Origin: an uncultured Bacteroidota bacterium
GTDB taxonomy: Bacteria; Bacteroidota; Bacteroidia; Chitinophagales; LD1
Reading direction: 5' to 3'
DNA length: 64,000 nt
NCBI GenBank assembly: GCA_903889265.1
Contig: CAISWS010000147.1
Span: forward strand, 5,990 to 69,989
A program made the translations under genes and the position numbers. Of this stretch, positions 35,948-45,426 are shown piece after piece (within the stretch, counting starts at the first letter, position 1; the number at the start of each line of letters is the position of its first letter). The notes beneath the pieces are model-generated. The model was not told where the DNA came from. It ran no database searches and saw only the letters and a program-made list of their open reading frames with translations.

Positions 35948-37081
35948 ATGAAAAAGCTGATGGCGTGTTTATGTTTATTGGTTTTGTATTGCACCACTAA
36001 CGGACAGGATAAGGATGGCCTGAAGCTGAACCAGGTTCAGATTATAGGCAGCCACAACAGTTATAAAAAATTACCTGACCCGCGGGTGATGAAGTTTTTA
36101 ATGAAGAAACGCAAACTATTGGGCAAAGGCTTAGACCCGATAGGTATTGATTACGGACAAACCACAATAGACTCGCAGTTTACCCAGTACCTGATGCGTG
36201 GCCTGGAAATTGATATTTATAACGACCCAAAGGGTGGTGTTTTTTATAACCGGAGAATAAATGCATTGGTGCCCGGCCTTCACCAGAAATCTGGTGTGCA
36301 GGAGTTGCTGCAACCGGGCTTTAAGGTACTGCACATAAAGGATGTAGACTATCTTACCTACTACTATACGTTTAAAGAAGCTTTGGTGACTATAAAAAGC
36401 TGGAGCGATGCACACCCTAATCATCTGCCCCTGTTTATAAATATTGAAACCAAAACCTATGGCCCAGCTGAAGCCAGTGGCATATTGCGCTTTTTAGGTT
36501 TTAAACGAATGGTGCCTTTTGATGCTGCTGCCTGCGACTCGATAGATGCTGAGGTAAAAACCATATTTGGCAATAACCTGGATAACATTCTTACACCCGA
36601 CCGGTTGCGTGGCAAATACGCCAGCCTGGATGAAATGGCGAAACTGAACGGCTGGCCCCTGTTGGATGACTGCCGTGGTAAAATTGTTTTTATAATGTTG
36701 GGTGATGCTAAAGAGATGTATAGTGCAGGCCATCCATCGTTAGCGGACAGAGCTATGTGTACCTATAGTATCCCCGGAAAGCCTGAGTGTGCTTTTATTA
36801 TGAAAGACAACCCTATAAGAGATAGCGCTTTAATAAACCAACTGGTATTGCAAGGTTACATTGTGCGGACCCGGGCGGATGCTGAAACGGTGGAGGCGAG
36901 GAATAATGATAACACCCGTAAGCTTGCGGCTTTTAAAAGCGGAGCACAGATTATTTCAACAGATTACTACAGGCCCGATACCCGTTTCAGCAATTTTGAA
37001 GTGCAGTGGGATGGCAAGCATGCCGGGCGGGCTAACCCGGTTACAACTACAGGCAAAAGTGGTGAGTGGGTGAAAGAGTAA
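35948..37081 (+). CDS. PLC-like phosphodiesterase (Ca-dependent PI-specific phospholipase C family-like), secreted
   Basis: Signal peptide, then LNQVQIIGSHNSYKK (the catalytic His context of PI-PLC X-box-like domains). Confidence 0.65.
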   Translation: MKKLMACLCLLVLYCTTNGQDKDGLKLNQVQIIGSHNSYKKLPDPRVMKFLMKKRKLLGKGLDPIGIDYGQTTIDSQFTQYLMRGLEIDIYNDPKGGVFYNRRINALVPGLHQKSGVQELLQPGFKVLHIKDVDYLTYYYTFKEALVTIKSWSDAHPNHLPLFINIETKTYGPAEASGILRFLGFKRMVPFDAAACDSIDAEVKTIFGNNLDNILTPDRLRGKYASLDEMAKLNGWPLLDDCRGKIVFIMLGDAKEMYSAGHPSLADRAMCTYSIPGKPECAFIMKDNPIRDSALINQLVLQGYIVRTRADAETVEARNNDNTRKLAAFKSGAQIISTDYYRPDTRFSNFEVQWDGKHAGRANPVTTTGKSGEWVKE

Positions 37082-37138
37082 TACGGATAGAAACCTTCTT
37101 TAGAATAATTAAACCGGCCAGTGATTGCTAACCCTGTT

Positions 37139-37900
37139 TTATTTAATTGCGGTAAGCGTTTCAAAAGTATAGTCGTTGGCCAAAACGGTTTTTAGCTTTG
37201 TATTTATACTGCTTCTATCTGAAATAACCGGCAGGCAATCTTTAAAATTAATGCGATAGGTTAAAGAAGAATGCACTCCATCCATTGCCGGGCTGCCGGT
37301 ATGGTGCAGATATATGTTTGTATCTGTAATACCCACGGAACCGGTAACGATTTTCAAGCCAAGGCTATCAAAATAAAATTTACTCTGCATAGTATAGGTG
37401 GGTTCGGTTTCGCCTGCATTATTGGCAGCAATATCGAACCCGGTAACAGAGCCTTTGGCGGAATTATACACGTTGAGGTGTAAAAAAAGTGTGTCGCTCC
37501 ATTCTGTTGTGTCCAGGCTGCGGTTAATATACGACAGCAAAAACAGGCAATCATCTACACTGAATTTAACGCCGTTAAACACGGAGCAGGTTCGGTATTT
37601 TTCAGCTTCGGGGAAGAGATATTTTACCATCTGCTGGTCGTTGATTTTTTTATTTTCAATATCCCGGTCTAACGGAAAACTGTAAAAAATACTGTCTATG
37701 TTCTCCAGCTTATCAGGTGCAATAAGTTTGTAGCCGGTAACCAGCTTTAAAAAAGCCGGGTCTTTAATTTTAGGCGTAAAATCTGTTTCGTTGAAGCGGG
37801 GCAAATTATTGGTTACAGGCATTCCGGCGGCAGGCACGTTCCTGGTTTGGCAACCCGATAAACAACAAATAGCTGCTGCAAGTAAAAGGTATGTTTTCAT
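37139..37900 (-). CDS. Hypothetical lipoprotein (candidate immunity protein)
   Basis: Lipobox LAAAICCLSGC. The gene starts 15 nt downstream of the 37916-39226 gene on the same strand. I recognise no family. Confidence 0.6.
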   Translation of the reverse strand: MKTYLLLAAAICCLSGCQTRNVPAAGMPVTNNLPRFNETDFTPKIKDPAFLKLVTGYKLIAPDKLENIDSIFYSFPLDRDIENKKINDQQMVKYLFPEAEKYRTCSVFNGVKFSVDDCLFLLSYINRSLDTTEWSDTLFLHLNVYNSAKGSVTGFDIAANNAGETEPTYTMQSKFYFDSLGLKIVTGSVGITDTNIYLHHTGSPAMDGVHSSLTYRINFKDCLPVISDRSSINTKLKTVLANDYTFETLTAIK

Positions 37901-37915
37901 ATTTTGAGTCAGGCG

Positions 37916-39226
37916 TTATTCACCGCCGTTAAGAGCCACATAAGAAACAACCATCTCAGCCCCGTATGATTTGCCTCTTAATAACCCCTGCGAATCTACT
38001 GATAATATGTTTTTCGCAGCGCTGCCTGATGCTTTCATACTTTCGTAGGCCCCCGGATCATAGAACCTGTAGTGTGCTACCCCGTTAGCATCAGTTTTGC
38101 GACCTACGATTACCAAAAAGTGGTCGGTCCCTTTAGCATCTTTTTCGGCACCAGAGCGTGAGCCTTCATAGCCGGCCAGCTGGCGGCCAACACCCACAAT
38201 AACCGGGCGTTTTTTGTCAAGCTGTTCATTGATATAATTCAGCCCCTTTGAAGCAGTGGCAGTTGGCGAAATTTGATACGAATTTTTTACTTTTTCAGTA
38301 CCCATAAAAATGCCGCCCCATCCCGGTACGGGTTTGGCACCGGCCTGGTTTCCCATATAAAGGCAGGCATTATAGCAGCCTTTAGGCCCCGGGCCAGCCT
38401 GCGCGCCCGATTGCAATGGGATGTTGGTGTTGTACTGTGTTACATAGGTTACATTGCCGGAAATATCTATATCAGAATGTTTGGTGCCGGGTGCGGCCTT
38501 TTCAGCTGTAGCTGGTTTATGAACCGCATCTTCACCCAAAAGATGTTCAAGCTTATGGGCTGCCCACATTCCTGCATCTATTATATGATCCAATAATCCT
38601 TCTTCTTTTTTAGGTGGTACCGTATGCACGGGAGTTGCCGGTGCATGAACCTCCTTTTTAACTTCATCGTGCTTAACCGCGTTGTGTGTAACATCGCTTG
38701 CAGTTTTTACAGGCAATGCTTTTACTGCGTGATTATCAACAGCGGCGGGGTGCTTAACGCCGTCAGTATGAGCGGTACTAACCGGGGCTACAGGAAGTGT
38801 TTCTTTGTGGGCCTGTGTGGCAGGAACGGTGGTTTTATTAACCGGACTTGTTGTTTTTGGCACCTGCGGTAAAATTGACTTTGCCGGCGGAACAACCTGA
38901 ATCCCTTTTGCTGTGTTTGCGGGCACGGAAGTTTTGCCTTCAGACTGCCCGTTCTTTTTAAGGTATAAGGCGTATTCCTCGCGGGTCATCCTTACAACCT
39001 CGCAAATGGTTTGCCCTTTGGCGTTAGTTCTGGTTATAACAACCGGCACAAAGTTCATCACATATATGCCATCCATATTGCTGATACCATCCAGGCTGCT
39101 ATCGCCACGGTGATAGGTAACACCGTCATGGTTTTGTGCAGCAACGGTATCTTGACCTGCTATAAGCGGTTGATTACGCGGTTTCTTTTCAGTTTCGGGA
39201 GTTAGCAAGCCGGGGGTATCAGACAT
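37916..39226 (-). CDS. Signal-less protein with a C-terminal papain-like (C39_2/NlpC-like) Cys-His domain
   Basis: 436 aa with no signal peptide. A His/Pro/Val/Lys-rich linker spans ~aa 100-250. The C-terminal part reads YVTQYNTN...GPKGCYNAC (Cys codon 38375-38377), ...GTDHFLVIVG (His codon 38120-38122), ...YRFYDPG. Confidence 0.55.
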   Translation of the reverse strand: MSDTPGLLTPETEKKPRNQPLIAGQDTVAAQNHDGVTYHRGDSSLDGISNMDGIYVMNFVPVVITRTNAKGQTICEVVRMTREEYALYLKKNGQSEGKTSVPANTAKGIQVVPPAKSILPQVPKTTSPVNKTTVPATQAHKETLPVAPVSTAHTDGVKHPAAVDNHAVKALPVKTASDVTHNAVKHDEVKKEVHAPATPVHTVPPKKEEGLLDHIIDAGMWAAHKLEHLLGEDAVHKPATAEKAAPGTKHSDIDISGNVTYVTQYNTNIPLQSGAQAGPGPKGCYNACLYMGNQAGAKPVPGWGGIFMGTEKVKNSYQISPTATASKGLNYINEQLDKKRPVIVGVGRQLAGYEGSRSGAEKDAKGTDHFLVIVGRKTDANGVAHYRFYDPGAYESMKASGSAAKNILSVDSQGLLRGKSYGAEMVVSYVALNGGE

Positions 39227-39453
39227 AAACCGGAGATTAAATTGTTAGATTGAATTGAATCACCATTCAGCAACTATCTATAAGGTCTTATAAAGTAACA
39301 ACAAACTGCGGGATGGGGCAAGCGTGTAAACGCTGTACTGTGTTGCGTATTTTTACGGTAAATGGTACTTCCCCGGGCAATAGGGCAGAAAATCTGAACA
39401 AGAAAGGCAAATTATAGAAGGTGCGTTAATCTGTGACTTTTGTAAGCGCCGCA

Positions 39454-39481
39454 TAAAAAAAGGAGGACCGTCAAGTCCTCC
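39454..39481 (-). terminator. Intrinsic terminator of the aldehyde dehydrogenase gene
   Basis: ggaggac-cgtcaa-gtcctcc hairpin (39462-39481), followed on the minus strand by a T8 run (A run 39454-39461 on +). Confidence 0.8.
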
Positions 39482-39504
39482 TCTCCTAAAAATCATTTCC
39501 TAAA

Positions 39505-41160
39505 TTAGTTACTTCTTCTATGTCCCACCCAAACAAAACGTTTGCTTACATATTCAGGGTTGGTAAATGATGCGTTACCTGCGGGATTGCCGCCGGTTAC
39601 ATGGAAATCGCTGAAGCCGGCGTGCTGGTTTACCCAGATGTTGCCGGTAAGGTTTAATGACACGGGAGCGAAAACGCTTTCCATTTCGTGCACTATGTAA
39701 TCGGCGGTTTCTTCGTTGGTGGTATAGGCTGCGCAGGTAATGGCACCGTGCTTGGCTACCATTTCTTTGGCCAGGCTTACAGATTGGTTGGTGTCTTTGG
39801 TTTTTATCAGCAAAATGATGGGGCCGAATAATTCGTTTTCGAATACACCGGTGTCTTTGGCATCTACTTCCAGTATTACCGGTGATGAAGTGCGTGCATC
39901 AGGAAACTCCGCGTTGGCTACTTTGCCAGGGGCCAGCAATACGTTTGCGTCGAGGTCTTTAACGGAAGCTACGCGCTTTAATGTAAGTTCGCTTTGTATA
40001 GCGCCCAATGTGCCGGGGCCCATTTGCGGGTGGTTGGCAATACCGGCAACGGCATCCACAAAGGCTTTCTTTACTTCTTCGTAAGGGATAACTGTATCGC
40101 CTTGTTTAACACCGCCTGCGGGGATAAAGAAATTTTGAGGCGCCGTGCACATCTGGCCTGAGTATAATGAGGCTGCAAATGAAAGATTCTGAACCACCGC
40201 TTTAAGGTCGGCTACCGAGTCCAGGATAACTGAGTTAACACCGGCTTTTTCGGTAAAGGTTGTTTTGCCAGGGATGTGCTCAACATAATCGCCGAATGCA
40301 GAGCCGCCGGTATAGTCTATAATTTTTACTACCGGGTTTTCGGCTAGTTTTTTGGTGATAAGGTTGTTAGATGAGTCGGAGGCAAGCTGACAGATATTTA
40401 TGTCTAACCCCTTTGCCTGCAACACTTTTTGAATTTCTTCAACCACAATGGCAATAGGATAAACTGATTTCGGATGCGGCTTAACAATAACTGAGTTACC
40501 GGTTATAAGCGATGCAAAAATACCGGGCACTGAGTTCCAGATAGGGAAGGTAGAGCAGCCTATTACAAGGCCAACACCTTTAGGGATGGCTTTAAATTCC
40601 TTGCTCAGTTTAACTGATGTTTTGCCCATCGGCTTTTCCCATTCTACTTTTGATGGAAAGCGGTTTAACTCTTCGTAACCTGCGGCTAAAGATTCGAGGG
40701 CCCGGTCGCTGGCATGAGGGCCTGAGGCCTGAAAACTCATGATAAAGCTCTGGCCGGTGCTGTGCTGGGTTGCGTGTGCAATTTCGAAAAAACGGTATTT
40801 TACTTTTTCCAGTGCTTCAACCAATATTTCAGCGCGGTCATCAACACTTACTTTTCTCCATGCATCAAACGCCCTGCCTGCACGCACTACTAATGTATCT
40901 ACTTCAAATACTGGATAGGTTATGCCCAGTGGTTTCATGGTGTAAGGAGAAACCTCTTCACCTTCCCATGCAACCGGGTTTTGCTGCAGCAGGCCTTTAA
41001 ATGGTTTACCTAACTGGTTATTGAATGCCGCCAGGCCGATGCCGGGGGCGTCTTCGCCGTAGGCTTTTGGATGCTCGGGGTATTGCGCATAAAAAACACG
41101 TTCGTGAATTGCCTTGATTGCTTTTTCAACTATTTCTTTATTAGCTGCGCTAAGTGCCAT
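39505..41160 (-). CDS. Aldehyde dehydrogenase family protein (PaaN-like)
   Basis: 551 aa. Catalytic Cys context GQMCTAPQN and Glu context FTEKAGVNS. The length and N-terminus resemble PaaN-type enzymes. Confidence 0.8.
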   Translation of the reverse strand: MALSAANKEIVEKAIKAIHERVFYAQYPEHPKAYGEDAPGIGLAAFNNQLGKPFKGLLQQNPVAWEGEEVSPYTMKPLGITYPVFEVDTLVVRAGRAFDAWRKVSVDDRAEILVEALEKVKYRFFEIAHATQHSTGQSFIMSFQASGPHASDRALESLAAGYEELNRFPSKVEWEKPMGKTSVKLSKEFKAIPKGVGLVIGCSTFPIWNSVPGIFASLITGNSVIVKPHPKSVYPIAIVVEEIQKVLQAKGLDINICQLASDSSNNLITKKLAENPVVKIIDYTGGSAFGDYVEHIPGKTTFTEKAGVNSVILDSVADLKAVVQNLSFAASLYSGQMCTAPQNFFIPAGGVKQGDTVIPYEEVKKAFVDAVAGIANHPQMGPGTLGAIQSELTLKRVASVKDLDANVLLAPGKVANAEFPDARTSSPVILEVDAKDTGVFENELFGPIILLIKTKDTNQSVSLAKEMVAKHGAITCAAYTTNEETADYIVHEMESVFAPVSLNLTGNIWVNQHAGFSDFHVTGGNPAGNASFTNPEYVSKRFVWVGHRRSN

Positions 41161-41348
41161 AATGTGTGTTTTGGTTGGTTAATTTGAGGGGTGAATATAG
41201 CAATTGGGAATTAAATACGGTTTAATGTAAAAGACAGGGTGCTTACCCTATTAAGCAGGCGGGGTAAGGCTTCCTGTGCGAGGCGATTTGCGGCACTTGG
41301 GCTGACTTAAACAACAACCTGAAACTATAGCACCTGTAAGGAGGTTTG

Positions 41349-42836
41349 CTATTGTTTTAATTTGGTGTAGACCCACCACTTCATTAAGGCAACTTCAACA
41401 AAATCGTAATTCTTTAAGGCCAGGCTAAGGTCGTTGAATTTTTTATTTAATACTTTGATGTCTCCTGCTGTTTTGGCTTCTTTAATTTCAATGATTTTTC
41501 GTGCAAACTGGTTCCAGCCGGTTTCAGAAAAATCGTTGGCTTTAATATAGTTGTGCAGCATTTTCAACAGCCGCCTTATTAATGAATAATTGCCCAACTC
41601 GTAATGTATAATTACGTTCATGCCATGAGCACAAAGTATAACGTCTTTTCGGCCTCCCGGGTATTCATCATGCACCAGCCTGTTAATCCTTTTTAATGCT
41701 TCTTCGGGTTGGCCGGTTGCCAGTTTACACCAGGCTATAAAGTAATCAACGGTTGCCAGGTCCTCATCGCGTATCGAATTATCTTTTGCAAATTCAGCAA
41801 GCCTGGATTCGGTAGCAAGGCCCTTTTCAAACTCACCTACCTTGGCGTATAAAACCAGTTTTTCAATGGTGTTGGACATTAAGTTTTCGTATCGCTGGGC
41901 TTCGCTTAGCTGAACGGAAGTATCGGTAAGCAGTGCGTCAATTTCAACTATATACTTTAATGCCTCGTTATACTTATGGTTGATAGTAGACCGCGCCACC
42001 ATGCGACTGAGGGCTGCGATGTAAATACCTGGCACTATCTTTATCTGTGCAGGATTATCGTGGAAAAGCGCAACAAATTGCCGGGCCATTTCCAGCGACT
42101 TCTCTTTATTGCCTGTTTTGAGGTAGCATTTGCCCAGGATTTCGAGCCTTAAACATTTTGCGTGGAAACTGATAGCCAGGTGGTCGTTTATCAGCAAAGG
42201 ATGGCTCAGATACTCTTCGAATTTTTGCATTGAACCGCCGGGTGCCATACCTTCAATTTGCAGGCTACTGCCAATTACGCCCTGCAGGTTTTTATAATCA
42301 CAAATGTTCTGATATTGTTTCAGGTATTGATATTCGCTATCTACCCGGTTTTGTGCAGATTTTATTACCTGATGATGTGCGCTTTTAAAAGTAAGTGCAT
42401 GAAACTCGCATCTAAGCAGAAACAACATTTCTAAAAATGCCTCGCGCTGATGTGTGGGCTTTTTTAACTTATTTACCAGTTTGATTGCACTATCGTACAT
42501 TTTTCTTTTATCGAGTAGTGCAACCTCTGCCAGGCCATTCAGCAATTCAATATCCGGGTCTGAATCGCTGACGTAATTTCTGAGCGATTTAATAATGAGG
42601 TTGCGGAGGTAAAGTTTGGTAACACCCAGTTGAGCTAAAAATTTTTCACCCTTAAAGGCCTCATGTATTTTGCCCTCATCATAACTGTCCATGGCGGCCA
42701 TGCAATCAAAAAGTTTAAGGTAGTTACCCTGGCGCTTGCTGCCGTGTATTTTTGAAAATTTACGGAAGTATCCCTTCTCGTTCCTGTCCATGCTTTTAAT
42801 AAGCACAAATAGCTCATCCTTTGGTTTCATACCCAC
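41349..42836 (-). CDS. Conserved hypothetical helical-repeat (TPR-like) protein
   Basis: 495 aa, all-helical appearance, no signal peptide. I recognise no family. Confidence 0.55.
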   Translation of the reverse strand: MGMKPKDELFVLIKSMDRNEKGYFRKFSKIHGSKRQGNYLKLFDCMAAMDSYDEGKIHEAFKGEKFLAQLGVTKLYLRNLIIKSLRNYVSDSDPDIELLNGLAEVALLDKRKMYDSAIKLVNKLKKPTHQREAFLEMLFLLRCEFHALTFKSAHHQVIKSAQNRVDSEYQYLKQYQNICDYKNLQGVIGSSLQIEGMAPGGSMQKFEEYLSHPLLINDHLAISFHAKCLRLEILGKCYLKTGNKEKSLEMARQFVALFHDNPAQIKIVPGIYIAALSRMVARSTINHKYNEALKYIVEIDALLTDTSVQLSEAQRYENLMSNTIEKLVLYAKVGEFEKGLATESRLAEFAKDNSIRDEDLATVDYFIAWCKLATGQPEEALKRINRLVHDEYPGGRKDVILCAHGMNVIIHYELGNYSLIRRLLKMLHNYIKANDFSETGWNQFARKIIEIKEAKTAGDIKVLNKKFNDLSLALKNYDFVEVALMKWWVYTKLKQ

Positions 42837-43098
42837 ATTTTCTCCATTAAATTTAGTAAAAATGCCAATTGATTTTTTTAAAATGTAATTGCTACTTTAT
42901 TTCAACTTTTAAGGGCAAAAAAGTATTTATGACTGGTTTTTCATTGGTAAAAGCGGGGAGGCCATCCCCCATTTAACCCGGTCGACATTAAATTTGAGCG
43001 CGAATTTTTATTGGGGGATGGACGGATAAACTACCTCACGAACCCTTAACAAGCGAATAACAGTTGGCGTTGTAAAATGGCTTTTATATATTGATGCC

Positions 43099-43590
43099 AT
43101 GACCCTAACATTCCGACCAGCACTTGAAAATGATATCGACCTAATTGCTGCCCTCGCCCGTAAAATATGGCATGAGCATTACCCGACAATTATTACCGTT
43201 GAGCAAATTGAATTTATGCTGAAGGACCGGTACAGTGCCGGGCGCATTGCAGAGCAAATGAAAACGGGGGAAAAATTCTTTCTGGCTGAATTCGGTGGTC
43301 ACCCGGTTGCTTATGCATCTATAGAGTATTTGGAAGGTTATTATTACCTCCATAAGTTTTACATTGATGTTGCCCGGCATGGCGAAGGTATTGGAAAAGA
43401 ATTTTTCAATTATCTGCTGCAGCAAATTGATACTTCAAAACCCATACGGTTACAAGTAAACAGACAGAATTACAAAGCCGTTAATTTTTATTTTAAAATG
43501 GGATTCACTATCGAGAAGACAGGCGATTTTGATATCGGCGGAGGATATTTTATGAATGATTTTGTGATGGTAAGATTGCCAATTCGGTAA
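43099..43590 (+). CDS. GNAT-family N-acetyltransferase
   Basis: 163 aa with the acetyl-CoA binding motif VARHGEGIGKEF (R/Q-x-x-G-x-G/A). Confidence 0.85.
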   Translation: MTLTFRPALENDIDLIAALARKIWHEHYPTIITVEQIEFMLKDRYSAGRIAEQMKTGEKFFLAEFGGHPVAYASIEYLEGYYYLHKFYIDVARHGEGIGKEFFNYLLQQIDTSKPIRLQVNRQNYKAVNFYFKMGFTIEKTGDFDIGGGYFMNDFVMVRLPIR

Positions 43591-43691
43591 TTCGATAATT
43601 CGGCAATTTGTTAATGAACAGCCAATAAAATACTGATATACCCGGCTGTTTCATCATCGAATCATCACATTGCCCAATTGCTCAATTAGGG

Positions 43692-44624
43692 CTAATTCTT
43701 GATCAGCTTATCGTACTTGGTGCTATTGGTGGGGTCTATACTTCGCAGGTAGTTTGCAGCTTTTGTTTTTTCGGTAGCATCGGCTCCTGAAAATACGCCT
43801 ATCAGCTCATCGCTTTTGGCCTGGAAGAATGTTGCAATGAGAATACCGTTAGGGTTATCCTTCGAAATTTGCTGTAGCTTGTCCAGCGCATTCATAATAT
43901 TAGCACGGGCGAGGGCAGGCTTATCGTAAAAATTATCCATTCCGGCATAGTGGTAATCCCACAGGGCTTTACGGAAAGGCTCGTATTTGCTGGCTTGTAT
44001 GTTATCTATCAGCCAGTAGCGGTTGCGGGTACCATCGTAAGGCCTCCAGCCTTTGGCATCAGGGGCACTGGTGGGTACCATGTTCTTAATCTGTTCGCAA
44101 ATATTAAAATACTTGGTGCCGCCGCCTTTTGAGAAACTTTCGTAATCAAGGCCTATAATCATGTAGGCATAAAAGCCCAGTATAGACGAGAGGTTAGAAT
44201 TGTATGCTGTAGGGCTAAAATCAATTGATTGATTTTGAACGTAGGTTATTTCGCAATCCTTATCAAGGAAGTTGAACATAGGTGAATTATAGCTACTGTT
44301 AAACACCGGGCGCGATGACTGAACCGTGATAGTAGCATTGTACACGTCCTGTGCTACAGGCGGCGATAAGATTTGTATAGATATACTGCACTCAATCCTC
44401 TCTTCAGGCGAAAACACATCCGTGGTCCATGCCTTGGTATTCATATACTCGTTAAGCGCGGTTTGCATAGTTGTGAAAACTGCAGGGTCAACACCCGAAA
44501 TTTTTTGAGCGTTAACGGTTAACTGGCATTTAAGTTCCTGTGCCTGTAAGCCTGCCATTGAAAGGCACAGCATAATTACAACACTGCACAGACGAACCAT
44601 TACGGGCTTTTGAATCAATCTCAT
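43692..44624 (-). CDS. DUF4835-family protein (named T9SS PorD in some annotations)
   Basis: 310 aa with a signal peptide. It starts 1 nt after the coaB stop. This family follows coaBC in many Bacteroidota genomes (recalled synteny). Confidence 0.65.
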   Translation of the reverse strand: MRLIQKPVMVRLCSVVIMLCLSMAGLQAQELKCQLTVNAQKISGVDPAVFTTMQTALNEYMNTKAWTTDVFSPEERIECSISIQILSPPVAQDVYNATITVQSSRPVFNSSYNSPMFNFLDKDCEITYVQNQSIDFSPTAYNSNLSSILGFYAYMIIGLDYESFSKGGGTKYFNICEQIKNMVPTSAPDAKGWRPYDGTRNRYWLIDNIQASKYEPFRKALWDYHYAGMDNFYDKPALARANIMNALDKLQQISKDNPNGILIATFFQAKSDELIGVFSGADATEKTKAANYLRSIDPTNSTKYDKLIKN

Positions 44625-44625
44625 T

Positions 44626-45273
44626 TTACTTATTCCCTTCCATTATTTTAAAAACATAATCCGCTATATCGGCGGCAACTGCTGTTTTCGGTTTCAAATC
44701 AAATTTAGTGACATTTCCCTTATTATCAATGATCGTAACTTTATTTGTATCGTATTGAAAAGCCGCTCCTTTATCATTTACCGAATTTAACACTATAAAG
44801 TCAAGATTCTTTGCTGCCAGCTTGCCGCGGGCGTTTTCCATTTCGTTATCCGTTTCGAGTGCAAAACCTACCATTACCTGGCCCGGGTGCTTTAATTTAC
44901 CCAATTCGGCAGCAATGTCGGTGGTTTTAACCATTTCTATCGAAAACTCATTCTCCTTCTTTTTAATTTTTGTTGCGCTTGGGTGTTTGGGGGTGTAATC
45001 AGCCACCGCAGCGGCAAACACTATAACATCGTTTAACGTAAAATATTGCGCGCAGGTTGCATACATCTGGGCCGCAGTTTCAACATTTATTTGTAAAATG
45101 CCGGGGTTGGAGGCACTTAAATCGGTCGGCCCTTTTACCAGGGTAACTTCAAAACCCCTTTTGGCAAACTCCTCAGCTATGGCAATGCCCATTTTACCTG
45201 ATGAGCGGTTACCGATAAACCTGACGGGGTCTATAGGCTCGTGGGTGGGGCCGGCGGTTATTAATACTTTCAT
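44626..45273 (-). CDS. coaB: Phosphopantothenate-cysteine ligase (CoaB domain only)
   Basis: Starts at MKVLITAGPTHEPIDPVRFIGNRSSGKMG (ATG 45271-45273), with the AAAVADYTP motif. The 42 upstream in-frame codons of the track ORF lack CoaC similarity. Confidence 0.85.
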   Translation of the reverse strand: MKVLITAGPTHEPIDPVRFIGNRSSGKMGIAIAEEFAKRGFEVTLVKGPTDLSASNPGILQINVETAAQMYATCAQYFTLNDVIVFAAAVADYTPKHPSATKIKKKENEFSIEMVKTTDIAAELGKLKHPGQVMVGFALETDNEMENARGKLAAKNLDFIVLNSVNDKGAAFQYDTNKVTIIDNKGNVTKFDLKPKTAVAADIADYVFKIMEGNK

Positions 45274-45426
45274 GATTGGGTTTGCCTTTTGAGGTGGCAA
45301 ATGTGGGGATTGTTTTTGGTGCTGCCAAACCGCGGAAGATGCTGGGCTTAATACAAACAAGCGGGCCTCCGCCCTAAATAATCCCCTTAAACCGAACAAA
45401 AAACTCTACCGTATGTTTTGCACTTT

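Noticed and set aside
42950-43030. ccatccccca / tgggggatgg inverted pair upstream of the GNAT gene, considered as a riboswitch.
   Set aside because: I could not match it to any riboswitch consensus I know (TPP, SAM, cobalamin, fluoride, preQ1). The loop is ~40 nt with no further conserved features. It is mentioned only in connection with the similar hairpin at 55244-55287.
45274-45399. 42-codon upstream extension of the coaB ORF (MFGLRGLFRAEARLFVLSPASS...).
   Set aside because: It has no similarity to CoaC or CoaB. The conserved CoaB domain begins at the internal Met (MKVLITAGPT). Only the last ~10 codons may be a relic of the old linker.
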